From assembly GCF_046119375.1 (NCBI RefSeq), contig NW_027362771.1:417136001-417200000 (forward strand): a stretch of 64,000 nt of DNA. The letters are read 5' to 3'. Source of the DNA: Phyllobates terribilis. Taxonomy: Eukaryota. The notes under the pieces were generated by a model. It worked only from the letters and a program-made list of their open reading frames with translations, had not been told where the DNA came from and did no database searches. Position numbers and translations under genes: made by a program. Shown here piece by piece: positions 12,756-26,374 of this stretch. Numbering within the stretch: the first letter of the stretch is position 1; each line of letters starts with the position of its first letter.

Positions 12756-13086
12756 GGCTATGTCCACACTGGTTAGATACTCTGCAGATTTTTTGGTCTG
12801 TGGACTGTAGTACTGAATTTATGAAACCTCCACATGCTGCAGAGAAAGCCCCCAGAGTAAAGTGACGGCTGCTGCAAACCGGACGTCCAGAGCTCGGCAA
12901 ATTCCGCTGATATTCTCAGTGGATTTCAGCCTTTGCAGTACAGGGCCACGTTCCTGCGATGAGCTTTTGGTGAGTTATTGATGTTGCAGATTTTCTGCAC
13001 CATTTCTGCGCCCATGAAGTAAAATAGGTTTTTTTAAATATGTTGCATAAAAAAACTGACCAGAAAGTCATTGTGTGAATGTAGCC
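12756..13086. mobile_element. PIF/Harbinger-like MITE
   Basis: Imperfect TIR GGCTATGTCCACAC / GTGTGAATGTAGCC with TAG/TAA 3-bp flanks. Confidence 0.55.
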
Positions 13087-14119
13087 TAAAAAAGTGTTAT
13101 TTGCGGTATATCCAGAGTAGCGACATCTGCACAGTGCAGTCCGGATAGTTTAGGTTCTCTGATGGGCTTTGTAGTCCTGCTCGCAAAGGCTGAGCCGCAG
13201 CAGAGACAATGACATGGGCAATGGAAAATAAGTTTTCTACATTGGCAGCAGAAAAAGCTAGTGATGAACAAGCACTAAAATGCTTGAGTGCTCGATACTC
13301 GAATAGAACAGGTTGGAAACTCGGACGGGCTCTACTCGAGTATCAAGTATAATGGAAGGCAATGGCAAACTCAAGCATTTTTCCGGAGGCCCCTAACAGG
13401 AGGACTGGGGGAGCAAAAAAAACCAAAAAAACGCTGAAATGGATGGAAACAGCGCTCAAATGAGAACAGCATGGGGAAGACGCCTGGACGCATCTCAAGT
13501 CGCTGCTGGGAACAATGTTTTCAGCGTAAAAACACATCTAAACGAACATATCAGAAATAAATCATTTTAAAAAACGAAGTGGCGTCCCCCCAATTTTTGG
13601 TAACCAGCCAAAGTAGAGCAGACAGCTACAGGTTTATATTATCAGGCTGGGGATGTCCCTAGTTATTGGGCCCTTCCCAGCCTAAAAATACAAGCCCACA
13701 GCCGTCTCAGAATTGGCGCATCACATGAGATGCACCAATTCTGGAGCTTTACCCAGCTTTTCCCAATTGCCCTGGTGTGGTGGCAATCAGGGTACTGCTT
13801 TTAGGGTTGATGACAGATGTGATTTGTCAAAAATCTGTCAATTTCTCCTGAGTATACCAGTACCCCATATGTGGTCAGAAACTACTTCAAGCACATTGCA
13901 AAGCTCAGAAGGGAAGGAGTGCAGAATCTGCCACGATGGATTGTGGGTGCCACCCCACATTGACAAAGGCCAAGGGATGCCAGAACAGCAGAACCCTCCC
14001 AAACGTAATTCCATTCTACAAACTACACACCTCAATGAATTCATCTAGGGGTGTAATGAGCATATTGACACCACAAGTCTTTCATAACATTTTATACCAT
14101 TGGGCTGTGAAGGAATTAA

Positions 14120-14990
14120 CCCTTTTCACGACCTTGGGATTTTCCACTTTTGCGTTTCCGTTTTTTATATATACAAACATATTATATATAAACAACATTT
14201 TCCGAGACCCGTAGTGTCGGGATCTGGGGCCGGGTGAGGGCTTATTTTTTGTGTGCCGAGCTGACGTTTTTATTGATATCATTTTGGAGTAGATACGAAG
14301 TTTTCATCTCTGGTTATTGCATTTTATTGCAATGCTGCAGCGATCAAGAAAATTTAATTCCGCCATTTTGATTTTTTTTTTCCATTTATCGATCGGATTA
14401 ATTATTTTTATATTTTGATAGATTGGGCGATTCTGAACACCGCGATACAAAATGTGTGTATTTTTTTTTTTAAATGGTTTTATTTTGAATGGGGCAGAAG
14501 AGGGGGTGATTTGAATTTTTATATTTTTAAAACCTTTTTTTCATTCTTCAATACTCTCCTTAGGAGACTTGAAGCTGTGATCATCTGATCACTAATGCTA
14601 CACATAGCAGCAGCTCTGCTATGTATAGCAGAAATGCTCATCTGCTATGTAAGCCGGCCACTGGGTGGCGCTCATAGCAGATAGTCCATGACAACCACAG
14701 GGGTCTCCTGCTGACCCTGGCTTGTCATGTCAACCCAACAGCACCTGACAATCATGTGATGGGCTTCCGGTGTGGCCATGTTACATGCTGCTGTCGAAGA
14801 TTGACAGCGGCATTTAGCATGTTAACAGCTGTGGGTGGATCGCGATTCCACCAGCGGCTGTTAGGGGCACATGACAGCTGATCAGATCAGCTGTTATCTG
14901 CCTGAAAACATGCGGCCTCAGCGCCAGTGTCCACATGGAATGCATGAACACGACCTATGACGTACCTATAAGTCATAGGTCGTGAAGGGG
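14120..14990 (+). mobile_element. piggyBac-like non-autonomous element, TTAA TSD
   Basis: TTAA at 14116-14119 and 14991-14994; TIR CCCTTTTCACGACC / GGTCGTGAAGGGG. Confidence 0.8.
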
Positions 14991-15774
14991 TTAAAATGTT
15001 TTCCACTCCAGATTTTTCATTTTTACAAGAGGAAATAGGTAAAAATTGCCACATTATTTCTTACACAATTTCTCCTGAATGTGGCTATACCCCCGTATGT
15101 GGCTCTACAGTACTATTTGACCAAATAGTAGGGCTTGGAAAGCAACACAATTTAACTTCTGGAGCGCATATTTTCCTAAATTAGTTTGCAGACTCCATTT
15201 GCAGAACCCATAAGTACCAAAACAGCAGAAACCCCTATTAAGTAACCCCATTTTGGAAATTACACAATTCTGGAAATTCATCTAAGACTGTAATGGTGAT
15301 TTTGACTCCAAGGGTGTTTCTTTAGAACAGTTTCAAAGATTTAGATGGAAATCCCAATGCAACATGTGATTGAGATGCAACCCCAGAAAAATCAATCTTT
15401 TCAAATGTGCACAAAACTGTGGTCGACCCCGGTTTTGTGCGTAACTGAAAGAATGGACACAGTCGGATCCTAGGTCAGACATAGTCCACAGTTTCTCTAT
15501 CTGCCTCATTATAGTGAATATTACATCCAAGGTTTTGTCTGAATCCTGTTTTTCAGAGATTTAGAACCCTGATGTAAGCGTTCAGCATAGAGTGCAGAAA
15601 ATGCAAACTGAGCCTTACTGATATCTTTGGGAGGCTGAATGAACAAAGTAACAGCAGTTCAAGAATTAGTTTTAATTTTTTTAAGCCGCTTTTTTTAACC
15701 AATACTCACCTCGCACTCTGGTCCTCTTCCTTTCCGTCAATGGGAGTGACGCATCCCAGCCTGTTCACTATAGG

Positions 15775-16208
15775 TGTTATGATTTGCAACAAGAACTAAG
15801 GAAAGAAGGGGAAAGCTTTCCTTACAGTAAGACTAAGCTGAATCCCTACGATGTAGCGGGCAGCCTGTTCCTAGCGAACAGACCCGCCTTAGTCCTAGGC
15901 TAGTCTGAACGAAGACCTATACAGTAAAGGGAAGGGGTCCCTAAAAGAACTAAGGACTGGAACAAAAAGGGACACCTCCTGAACAGAGAAAGTTGTTGCA
16001 GAAAACAAAGGACAAACTGAGAAATAGGTACTAGAGGCCCCAGAGGACCAAGCAAACTGAGAGATAGGCACCGAAGCACCTAGCTAGCAAAACAGTCAAA
16101 CAACACTGAAGTCCAGCACAGCCAAAAAGGCAGAGCTGGAATATAACGACAGATGGTCACGTGACCACAAAACACAAGATGGAAAAAACAAACAGGAGGG
16201 TTCTAACA
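15775..16208 (-). repeat. 3' LTR of the Gypsy element
   Basis: Direct repeat of 20285-20719; preceded on - by the PPT. Confidence 0.95.
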
Positions 16209-16218
16209 GTACCCCCTT

Positions 16219-19200
16219 TTAAGAGGATCCTCCAGGCCAAGGCCTATCCAGAAACCTCTTGTGGAAAGCTCTAACAAGCCTAGGAGCAGAGACATCATCC
16301 GCCCTCACCCAGGAGTTATCTTCGGAACAGAAACCCTTCCAAGAGACGAGATACTGTACTCTCCCTCAGTGCCATCTAGAATTCAAGATACAAGAAATTT
16401 CATATTCGCCGTCTTCCACCACAGGAGGAACTGAGACAGTGGCACCCCTATCAGATACATCCGCCTTTTTCAACAAGGAAACATGAAACACAGGATTAAT
16501 CTTCCAGGAAGTAGGAACATCCAACCTAACCGCAGACGGGTTAACAACCTGAAGCACTTTAAATGGACCCACAAACTTAGGACCCAGTTTTTTATAGGGA
16601 ATCCTCAACCGCAGGTTCCTTGAGGACAACCAAACCATGTCACCCACAGTAAACAACACCTCTTTACGTTTCCTGTCAAAATACTTCTTGGACTTCTTGT
16701 TAGCCTCTTGAAGGTTGCAAGGTACATTAGTCCAAACTCACCGCCGACCCCAATTTGGAGAACGAACCAAAAGACGGATGTCTCCCAGTACAACAAAAAA
16801 AGGAGAACACCCAGATGTGGAGGATGTATGATTGTTAACAGCAAATTCTGCGAGAGGCAGAAACTCAGACCACACCTCTTGATTGTCCACCACAAAACAT
16901 CGCAAAAACTGTTCTACATCCTGGTTCTTTCTTTCAGTCTGTCCATTAGACTCAGGATGATACCCAGACGAAAATGACAAATGGACTCCCAACCTGTAAC
17001 AAAAAGCACGCCAAAAGCGAGCCACAAACTGAGGTCCTCTATCAGAAACAATATCCGTGGGAACGCCATGAAGCTTGACAATCTCTTTAACAAACGCCTA
17101 AGCAAGTGTCTTGGCGCAGGGCAACTTAATGAATGGAACCAAATGACACATCTTACTAAAAAGGTCCACGACCACCCAGATGACAGTAAAACCCTCGGAC
17201 ACGGGCAGATCAGTAATAAAATTCATTGTGAGATGTGTCCAAGGCGCACTAGGAACCTCCAGGGGGCAAAGCAACCCCGCAGCAGGAGTATGTGAAGCCT
17301 TTGACCTAGCACACACAGTACATTAACGCACCCACTTGATGACTTCTTTCTGCCATCCAGGCCACCAAAAATTGCGACTGATAAGTCTCTTAGTCTCAGA
17401 AATTCCTGGATGACCTGCCAACCGAGACTCATGACACTCCACAAACAAGTCTCTCCTAAAGGTTCTAGGCACAAACAACCTCCCATGGGGAGTGTTAGAT
17501 AGAGCATCATCTTGAGCTTTTAGAATCCCATTATCTAAAACGGAGTCCAATGCCGCCATCACAACTCCTTTCTGTAAAATGTTCTCCTCCTCCTCGGCAC
17601 CGACCGCAGGAGAGAAGCTGCGAGATAAAGCATCGGCTTTAACATTCTTAGTACCAGGGATATAGGTAACAGAAAAATGAAACCGAGAAAAAAAAATGCC
17701 CACCTAGCTTGACGGGCATTCAAGCGCTTGGCAGCATCCAGATAGATCAAATTCTTATGATCTGTGAAAACCTGAATAGGAAATCTAGCGGCCTCCAAAA
17801 AATTACGCCAATGTTCAAACGCGAGTTTAAAAGCCAGCAACTCACGATTTCCAACATCATAATTCAATTCGGTTTCCGAACATTTTTTCGAAAAGAAGGC
17901 ACAAGGATGTACTCCATCCCTGTTCTCCTGAGACAAAACTGCTCCGACCCCCATCGATGAAGCATCGACCTTGACCAAAAAAGGCTTGGTCTCATCAGGC
18001 TGCATAAGGATAGGGGCCGAACTGAACCTCTCTTTGAGATACTTAAACGCTTCAATGGCCTCAGTAGTCCATTGGACCGTATTCGCACCTTTCCTGGTGA
18101 GATCGGTCAGAGGCTTAACAATTATAGAAAAATTCTTAATGAATTTCCTGTAATAATTGGCAAAACCCAAAAATCTCTGTATAGATTTCAAACCAATAGG
18201 CCTAGGCCATTCCTGCACAACCTGAACCTTCACCAGGTCCATCTCAAAGCCCTCGCTGGAGACAATGTAGCCCAAAAAACTAATTTTCTGCACAGCGAAC
18301 TCACATTTCTCCAGCTTAGCAAAGAGTGAATTATCACTCAATAACTGCAAAACTTCACGTACACTCTGCCAATGGGACTCCAGATCTGGCGAATAAATCA
18401 AAAGGTCATCCAAATACACAACCACATTCTTACCAATCAAAGGTCTCAGGATGTCATTAATAAGGTTCTGAAAAAATGCAGGTGCATTGGTAAGACCAAA
18501 AGGCATCACCAGATTCTCAAAATGACCTACCGGAGTGTTAAAAGCAGTTTTCCACTCATCACCCTCCTTCACTCGTAACAAATTGTATGCCTCCTGGAGA
18601 TCAATCTTAGAGAACCACTTGGCCCCCACTAACTGGTTAAACAAGTCATGAATTAACGGCAATGGGTAGGAATTGCGTACGGTAATCTTATTAATTTCAC
18701 GAAAATTCAGACACGGTAATCCTTTTTTTTTAACAAAGAAAAATCCAACTGCCACAGGCGACTTAGAAGGTCTAATGTGACCAGCAGCCAGGCTAGTCTG
18801 TATGTACTCCTCCAAGGCCTTTCTTTCAGGGATAGTTAGATTAAACAAGCGACTCTTGGGAAGAGTACCTCCTGGAATAAACTCAATGGCGCAATCATAA
18901 TCTCTATGAGGAGGTAAAACTTGTGACTCCTCCTCCCAAAAAAAACTCCAAAAATCTTGAATAGGTACAGGTAATTCCCATTTTCCCACAGCCGCAATGC
19001 GACCATTACAACATTTATCATAGCATTTCGGACTCCAAGACTTAATCATATTAGTAGACCAGCCCAGCAAAGGATTGTGCAGTTTTAACCAAGGCAATCC
19101 TAGAACGACTGGAGAGGGTAAATTATCTAATACAACCAAGTCCAAAATTTCTTGGTGAAGACCACTGATAGTAAGGGGAAATGCAGCAACCTTGTGAGTA

Positions 19201-19358
19201 ATACATTTCAAGGGAGTGTTATCAATTGCAATCACAGAAATAGGTGATGACAAAGGTTTGGATTTCAATTTAAGTTTTTCCAAAAACCCTTTATCAATCA
19301 CATTAAGTGTTGAACCACAATCCACAAATACCTGAAATTCAATCAAATTTTCCGGCAA
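16219..19358 (-). pseudogene. Gypsy pol (protease, RT, RNase H, integrase, chromodomain), several frameshifts
   Basis: FVDCGS (protease), YLDDLLI (RT), TDHKNL (RNase H), H..RLAGHPG, NFITDLP and YHPESNGQTER (integrase), EYEISCILNSRW..YLVSWKGF..EDNSWV (chromodomain), spread over ORFs 17559-19358, 17323-17703, 17098-17316, 16738-17025, 16366-16659. Confidence 0.95.
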
Positions 19359-19402
19359 AGTAGTACTCCCAGAAAGAAATACTCCTGCAGAGAGTAAACA
19401 AG

Positions 19403-20229
19403 CTATACGGGCGTACCTGACCTTTTTTTTTCTTTACTTAAACAAAGCTCATAATACTTAATCAAATGGTCAGCTTTACCACAATAAAGACACAATCCCT
19501 CGGCGAACCTCCGGTCTCTTTCCTGAGAGCGGAGCAACATCGCCCCAACCTCCATCGGTTCTGCGCCGTCTGAGCAGATTTTCTGGGGACTAGGACCTGG
19601 CATTACAGGAGTCTTCACCTCATTTTGCATGGTCCTCAGCCTCCTATGCACACGAACAGCTAATTGCATGGCATCCTGCAGAGTCTCAGGTGCAGGGAAT
19701 GCAATTAGCAAATCCTTAACCCTTTCACTCAGACCAGCAAGAAATAGACATTTCAGAGCAGGATCATTCCATCTGAGTTCAGAAGCCCACCTTCTGAAGT
19801 GTGTGAAATAAATTTCAGCATCATCTGACCCCTGATTCAAACGTCTGAGTTCTGCCTCAGCAGATGAGATTCGATCAGGATCGTCATATAATAGACCAAT
19901 AGCAGAAAAAAACTCTTCTACCGACCTCAAACATGGATCATTAGGTTGAAGAGAAAAGGCCCACCATTGTGGTTCATTGTGCAAAAGTGACATAATAAAA
20001 CCAATGCGCTGTGATTCATTCCCAGAGGACCTTTTCTCAAATGAAAATATAACAAACAAGCATTTTTAAAGGAAAAAAAATCTTGCGGTTTACCATAAAA
20101 AACATCAGGCAGTCCTACCTTGGGTTTCACAAAATTCGCTCCGGAACAGCTACTCACGTGTTGCTGGAGCTCGACCACCTCCAGAGTCAAACCCTGCAAG
20201 CGTTGAGTCAAATCCTGGACAGAAGCCAT
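19403..20229 (-). pseudogene. Gypsy gag (PEG10/RTL1-like), frameshifted
   Basis: ORFs 19927-20229 and 19403-20059; EPMEVG, GLCLYCGKADH degenerate zinc knuckle. Confidence 0.9.
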
Positions 20230-20284
20230 ACTGATCCCAGTATTAATATTTCCTTAATGTTCTTTATTTTTGGGCTGGACTTAC

Positions 20285-20719
20285 TGTTATGATATGTAAC
20301 AAGAACTAAGGAAAGAAGGGAAAAGCTTTCCCTACAGTAAGACTAAGCTGAATCCCTATGATGTAGCGGGCAGCCTGTTCCTAGCGAACAGACCCGCCTT
20401 AGTCGTAGGCTAGTCTGAACGAAGACCTATAGAGTAAAGGGAAGGGGGTCCCTAAAAGAACTAAGGACTGGAACAAAAAGGGACACCTCCTGAACAAAGA
20501 AAGTTGTTGCAGAAAACAGAGGATAAACTGACAAAAAGGTACTAGAGGTCCCAGAGGACCAAGCGAACTGAGAGATAGGCACCGAAGCACCTGGCTAGCA
20601 AAACAGTCAAACAACACTGAAGTCCAGCACAGCCAAAAAGGCGGAGCTGGAATATAAAGACAGATGGTCACGTGACCGCAAAACACAAGATGGAAAAAAC
20701 AAACAGGAGGGTTCTAACA
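20285..20719 (-). repeat. 5' LTR of the Gypsy element
   Basis: Direct repeat of 15775-16208; TATA-like element at 20651-20659 on -. Confidence 0.95.
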
Positions 20720-20789
20720 ATAGGACAGGACTTCTGGCTGCATCTAGGCCTAAACTCTTTGTGCTTCATAAGAGTACAATGACGAAGCA

Positions 20790-21345
20790 ACCATATGATG
20801 TGCAGTCAGCTCCAGCCTGGACGGGGCAGAAAGTCTTGGCTGTGAGGGCTCCAGCTCTCTGGCAGCTGCGTGGATAAGCACAGGTTTTTATATCAAAACA
20901 GAATAAAGTTTATTGTCCTTCATAAACTTTACAGCTCCAAACCGAAACAGCTTTCTTTAGCACATATGAATTTAAAAAAAAACAGTCCTTTCTTCAGCCA
21001 TATGAATAAACAAAAACAGTCCTTTTCTCTGGGTAAGGCACAATAAACCAAAACGGTCTCACCAACTTGGTGTCACAGGAACCTCATGATATTCACCAGC
21101 TCAGTCTTCCTCCAGCCTCAGCACACTCCACTCTGCTAAGCTAACCCAGCTGCCTGTTATTATGCCTGTAAGACCGAACTAGAGTATGGGAGCGACCTAA
21201 ATTCTGGAACCAAAATCCAGTCAAATAAAACCCTCTCAGTAACCTAGTATTACTGGTACAGACTTCCTGGGATTTACATTACTGAGGCCAGCTGTCACAG
21301 TGACACGTACCTGGCATCCAGGACCTTACCTCCTGCTTTCTTACA
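20790..21345. mobile_element. Possible partial LTR
   Basis: Ends CTTTCTTACA with LTR-like A-rich composition; no TSD found. Confidence 0.3.
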
Positions 21346-23262
21346 TGGCCTATAGCGAAGGCTGGAGATGCGGCATGCGAAGTTGGAAAGAAGAGGACCA
21401 GACAGCATCCGGAGAGTTCAGTGGTGATGTATGTTTTCTGAACATCTAATGTTCGCAACTAGGGGTCGTACGTAAGTCATATGTTCGGAAGTCGTGCAAT
21501 GCCTGTACAGTGATGACAGATTTATGTTGTTTTTTTTAGGCTTTGCTACTATCAAAAACTAAAATGCTTTTTTTTTAACAAAAAAAAGTTTTTGAATCCC
21601 CATATTTTGAGAGCTATAAATTTTCTATATCTAGTCATAGGAGATAATCTGGCAAGAAGGGAAAAGAGACCAGCTGTACCCACGAAAGTGATGTCAGTTT
21701 CAGGGGCAGGGTTGGTCTCTGCGTTTCCTGCTCAGTTATCTCCTTTCAATGCGCACTGACAGTGTGCTCTCTTGCCGGCTTGTCACTACTCATCAGAGCC
21801 AGAGAGGAAGCACACTATCACTGTGCTTTAAAAAGAATATTACAAAGGGACAAGATCCTACAAAGCATAAGTCAGAATTGACAACCAATACATGCTCAGT
21901 AGAGCCTCTGCCCACTGGTGACATCTTATCTGAGTACCCCAGCATGCACTGGGATTCTCAAATGAAGCGTCATCAAACAGGAAGGTAAAAAAAATAAGCA
22001 GTTACATGGAGTAGTGAGGGAACGTTAGGGAATTTTTAATTAAAAATGTTAGAAAAAAGATTAGATTATTACATTAACTAGACTGACATTTAGAATTAAA
22101 ATAAATGTAACTTTCAGACTAACCCTTTAAATACTATGACTTGATTCAATAAGGCTGGCGTTTTGTTCCTCAGTCTTGATGAGGGGTGTGCAGGAATAAG
22201 ATGCACACGCCACTTAATGACTTCGGTGCCTCTTTTCAATGGCGTGCACAGGTCATGTTACTCCAGTCAGGGATGAGCTAACATCTCTGGCATAAGGAAC
22301 GCCACCACTTTTCGCGGATTTGACAGGTGAGTGTAGATATACCCTGTCCTGCTTCCTCCCTAGCTCCGTCCCTTTTTGATGGAGCTGACCAAAACCAACC
22401 GTAAATACGTGAAAAAAATGCTAAATATATCACGCAACTTTGGGCTGTGAAAATGTTGCGACTTTTCCAAGTGTTTTCTGGTGTAAACATTTTGATGACT
22501 GGGGCCTATATTTCCCAGTGTAAAATGAATAAGCACTTCCCTCCCGCACAGTTCCAGTAATGGCAGTACCAGGTTTACTGAGATATTGTTATGCCTTGTG
22601 AGCACTGCAGCCAATCAGTGGTCGCTAATGTGCTGCAGCTCTCACATTCTTTGGATGTCTGTGGAAAGCATCAGTGAGGCAACCCATTAACCCCATAAAT
22701 CCTGAGAGCCCCAATGCTGGCATTGCTGTAACGGGAGGGGAGCATCTAATTGTATTCTACACTGGGGAATGTACTATTTAAGAACGGGTTGGCTGAATAG
22801 CGGACAACCCCTTTAAATGCATGTATTTGGAGCTAAAAATATTTTTTCCAATTGGGTTTTATTAAAAGTTTTGTATCGTTTGCCTCCATAGCCTCTGGGT
22901 TGTATTGTACGAGTATATTCCTGGCTACAGAATGGGTTAACTGAGAATCTATCAGTGAGCTCCTTCTATGGTCCAATGGGACAAATTTGTCTCTAGAGGT
23001 AGAAGCCCCTTGAAAAGGCAGTGTTGGGAGATTTGAGTGAAAGCCTGTGCTGTACCATGTTCCCACATCCATGTGTGACTGCCGACTACAATGCACTAAA
23101 GCTGCCGTTCACACCTGCACCCAAATTGGAGGAACTCCTGATGCTGAGAATGAATCCGTCCGCCGGGGACATAAAGTGCGAGCAGTGAGGAGTCACGGCC
23201 ACACACACTACTCAGAGCAGCAGAACGCAGCTTCCATGCAAAGCGTAACCAACACTAGCCCC

Positions 23263-23400
23263 GCCTACTCCGGAGATCACATGACCCTTTCGTGACGTCA
23301 TTACACAGCGCCTAGTATAATAGCTTCTCGTTCACCAAGCACTATCACTGCCTACTTCTAGGATCACATGACCGCCATTCGTGACGTCATTACACCGCGA
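23263..23400. promoter_or_regulatory. RAMAC CpG promoter with a duplicated TCACATGA + TGACGTCA (CRE) module
   Basis: GCCTAC..GATCACATGACC..TTCGTGACGTCATTACAC occurs at 23263-23310 and 23350-23399; perfect CRE palindromes at 23293-23300 and 23382-23389; CpG-rich. Confidence 0.7.
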
Positions 23401-23456
23401 CTGGTTTAATACTTTGCTCACTTTCCTGCGGCTGTTGTTCCCAGCGTTGCGCTCAG
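23400..23456 (+). other. ramac: Putative non-coding first exon of RAMAC (start approximate)
   Basis: CAG|GTACGT donor at 23457 directly downstream of the CpG promoter; the ATG exon has only 1 nt of UTR after its acceptor, so an upstream UTR exon is required. Confidence 0.65.
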
Positions 23457-23803
23457 GTACGTGGTTCCCTGCTGCCGCGTGTATCTGTGGGAGCTGCTCG
23501 GTCAGTGCACACAGTGCGGCTTCAGCGCTCGACCCTCTGCCTCCCGGAGCCTTATTACTGTATTCTAGGGTTATTATTCTTGTGTCCCCGCACTTACTGG
23601 GGGGGGGGTCATAGGGACTAGGGAATGTGTACAAGCTTCACACGTAGAATTATGGCACCTTAAAGGGGAATTGTAGAGACTACATTCTCCCGGTTTATTT
23701 ATCAGTATAGATGCTGTTTCTTTTGTGCATTGTCTGTCCCGTTCTCCTTTGTGACCAGGCTGATTCTTGGAACCCCAGATCTCTGTGCTGCTGCAGAAGT
23801 TAA

Positions 23804-24112
23804 AAGGGTTTTCCCACAAACAAAAGTTAATTTTCAAAATTGTCTGAGTCTGACCGTGTACGGAACATACCACATCTCCTGGGCGGGCAAGAGAATACAG
23901 ACATTACAGCAGGGGATCGCAGAGGATTCATTTTGTGAGGTAAAATATTGTTTAAAAACAGGCAGTGAAATGTTTTACCTCACAAAATAAATCCTCTGTG
24001 ATCCCCTGCTGTGATGTCTGTATTCTCTTGCCCGCCCAGGAGATGTGGTATGTTCCGTACACGGTCAGACACAGACAATTTTGAAAATTAACTTTTGTGG
24101 GGAAAACTCCCT
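23804..24112. mobile_element. Near-perfect palindromic TTAA MITE (T2/Kolobok-like) in RAMAC intron 1
   Basis: TTAA at 23800-23803 and 24113-24116; arms ~140 bp nearly perfectly reverse complementary. Confidence 0.85.
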
Positions 24113-25308
24113 TTAAGAGTATTTTACTTTTAAAGGGGTTTTCAAGGCTTATGATATTAAAGGGATCTATATGGGATAAATTACTGATCACTGTGGGACC
24201 CCAGCAATCCTGAGAAGGGGGCTCTAGAACCCAGAAACGAGACTCCACAGCACCATGATGAATAGAGCGGAGCTGCGCATGCTCCACCTCTGCTTCATTT
24301 TCTGTCTATAGAACTTATGGAGATTGCAGAGCACCGTGCTCAGCTTTCAGCGATAGTCTCATAGATAGTGAAGGGAGCAGAGGCTGAGCATTCACAGGTC
24401 CGCTCTAATCATCATGGTGCTGTGAAGTCTGGTTCGTGGGTTCCAGAGCCCCCTTCTTGGTTATGCCAGACGCCCCTGTAGTTAGACCTTCAGCAATCAG
24501 AAAGTTGGCTCATATTTTATGGATGGAGGATAACTTCTTTTGGGAATAGGCATCATGTTAGGGTTAGGTTTAGGTTTCCAACAAAGTGGTACGCCTTGTT
24601 GCTGGCTATTGGGCTCGCATGAAATGGTTCTTTCATATTTAACATGTTTTCTATAGCAGTTCCAATTTCATATATTCAGTGTGTACATATTATAGTGCAC
24701 TGACAATTGAGAATATAATACACTGGCGCCTGACACTGTTACCTCCCCAGCTGCCTGGTTTGAATAGCAACTTCCACCTGTTGCATATAAAGAAATTAAA
24801 AATATCAGGTTTCAAGGTTGGCATTGAACTATGGTGGTTCTCGTGCCTAAAATCGTATTATTTTAATCCCCACACAAATCATTAGGAGAATTTAGTTCAT
24901 TGCTAATCTTGGTCAACTTATTCAGTAAATATATCTATTTTTGTGTGTTCTTCGCATAGTGCTGTTTGAAACCTGATATTATTTTTGCTTAGAATGTATA
25001 TATTATAGCATTTCAGAGCACAGTTTTAGTTTGTTAGTTACATAGTGGCTCTCTTAGCTTGCACCTGTTCACACTTGTCTTTTTTCTGTTTGGAAGTGCT
25101 GGTCAGTTTTTTTTTTTTTTTTTTTTTTTCTTTTTTATATTTATTTTGGGAATAAGCTCATAATAATCAAACTGCCAATGCAGTGTATGCAGCTGTGCTG
25201 TTTAGTTCCTGTCATTGGAGCTGTAAACAGCTCATCAGTGCAGTGGCGAGTGTCCGAAGTATAGCTTATCAATATTGTAAGCCTGTACAACCCCTTTAAT
25301 GTCATTAT

Positions 25309-25608
25309 TAGTGTTGAGCGAGTATGTTCTGTTCAGAGTATGGTCGGGCCGAGCTCCGAGTATTTACAGCTGCTCCGTGATATGGTTGAATCGCTCCCTG
25401 TGCATGATTTGCAACTGTTTGCCAGCTTTATTACATGTGAGGAATGTGTAAGAAATAGCCATTCCTCACATGTAATAAAGCTGGCAAACAGTTGCAAATC
25501 ATGCACACGGGAGCGATTCAACCATATCACCGAGCAGCTATAAATACTCGGAGCTCGGCCCGAGCATACTCGGCGAAAGGGTTAACAGAACAAACTCGCT
25601 CAACACTA
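25309..25608. mobile_element. Palindromic hAT-type MITE in RAMAC intron 1
   Basis: TIR TAGTGTTGAGCG / CGCTCAACACTA; 8-bp TSD GTCATTAT (25301-25308, 25609-25616); long internal hairpin. Confidence 0.9.
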
Positions 25609-25862
25609 GTCATTATCTATATGGTTATGCCATATAAGTATCTTAAGTGGCAGGCTAGGAACTGTACCTATGTCCGACATGGCGATTCCCCCTTCGACCT
25701 ACGTTCCTTCTGATCCAGGTGTAGATAGTATGGAAAGTGGGTTGTACAGTTGTGTGGCTCCCAACCTCTGGATGTTTTGCAGGCACCATTCCTAGCTCCT
25801 ATATGACTACATTGACAGGGATGGGGGGGGGGGGATTATCGGCTTTCGAAATTAAGAGATAG

Positions 25863-26069
<207 letters not shown>

Positions 26070-26224
26070 TAGGTATCTACATCATCCTCGTGAAGGGGCT
26101 GGCTTATTTGACCATTTTGTTTATAAAGCATGTGCAGCCAATAGAGGGTGTTCTCCATCTCTCCCCTTTATAATGCCTAAGTCCATGAGCTAGTTCCAGA
26201 GTAAAAGAGTTGGGATGTAAATAG

Positions 26225-26374
26225 ACATTCCTCACATGTAATAAAACTTTCAAACAGTCGCAAATCATGCACACGGGAGCGATTCAACCATATCACTGAG
26301 CAGCTATAAATACTCGGAGCTCGGCGGGAGCATACTCGGCGAAAGGGTTAATAGAACATACTCGTTCAACACTA
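26225..26374. mobile_element. Half copy (right arm) of the 25309-25608 MITE in RAMAC intron 2
   Basis: Near-identical to ~25460-25608 and reverse complementary to ~25309-25450. Confidence 0.85.

Larger units (their letters stand above)
15775..20719 (-). mobile_element. Full-length Ty3/Gypsy chromovirus (sushi-like), frameshifted
   Basis: LTRs 15775-16208 and 20285-20719 (TGTTA...TAACA; ~19 differences in 434 bp by eye); 5-bp TSD ATAGG at 15770-15774 and 20720-20724; polypurine tract AAAAGGGGG just inside the 3' LTR; order gag-PR-RT-RH-IN-chromodomain. Confidence 0.97.
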
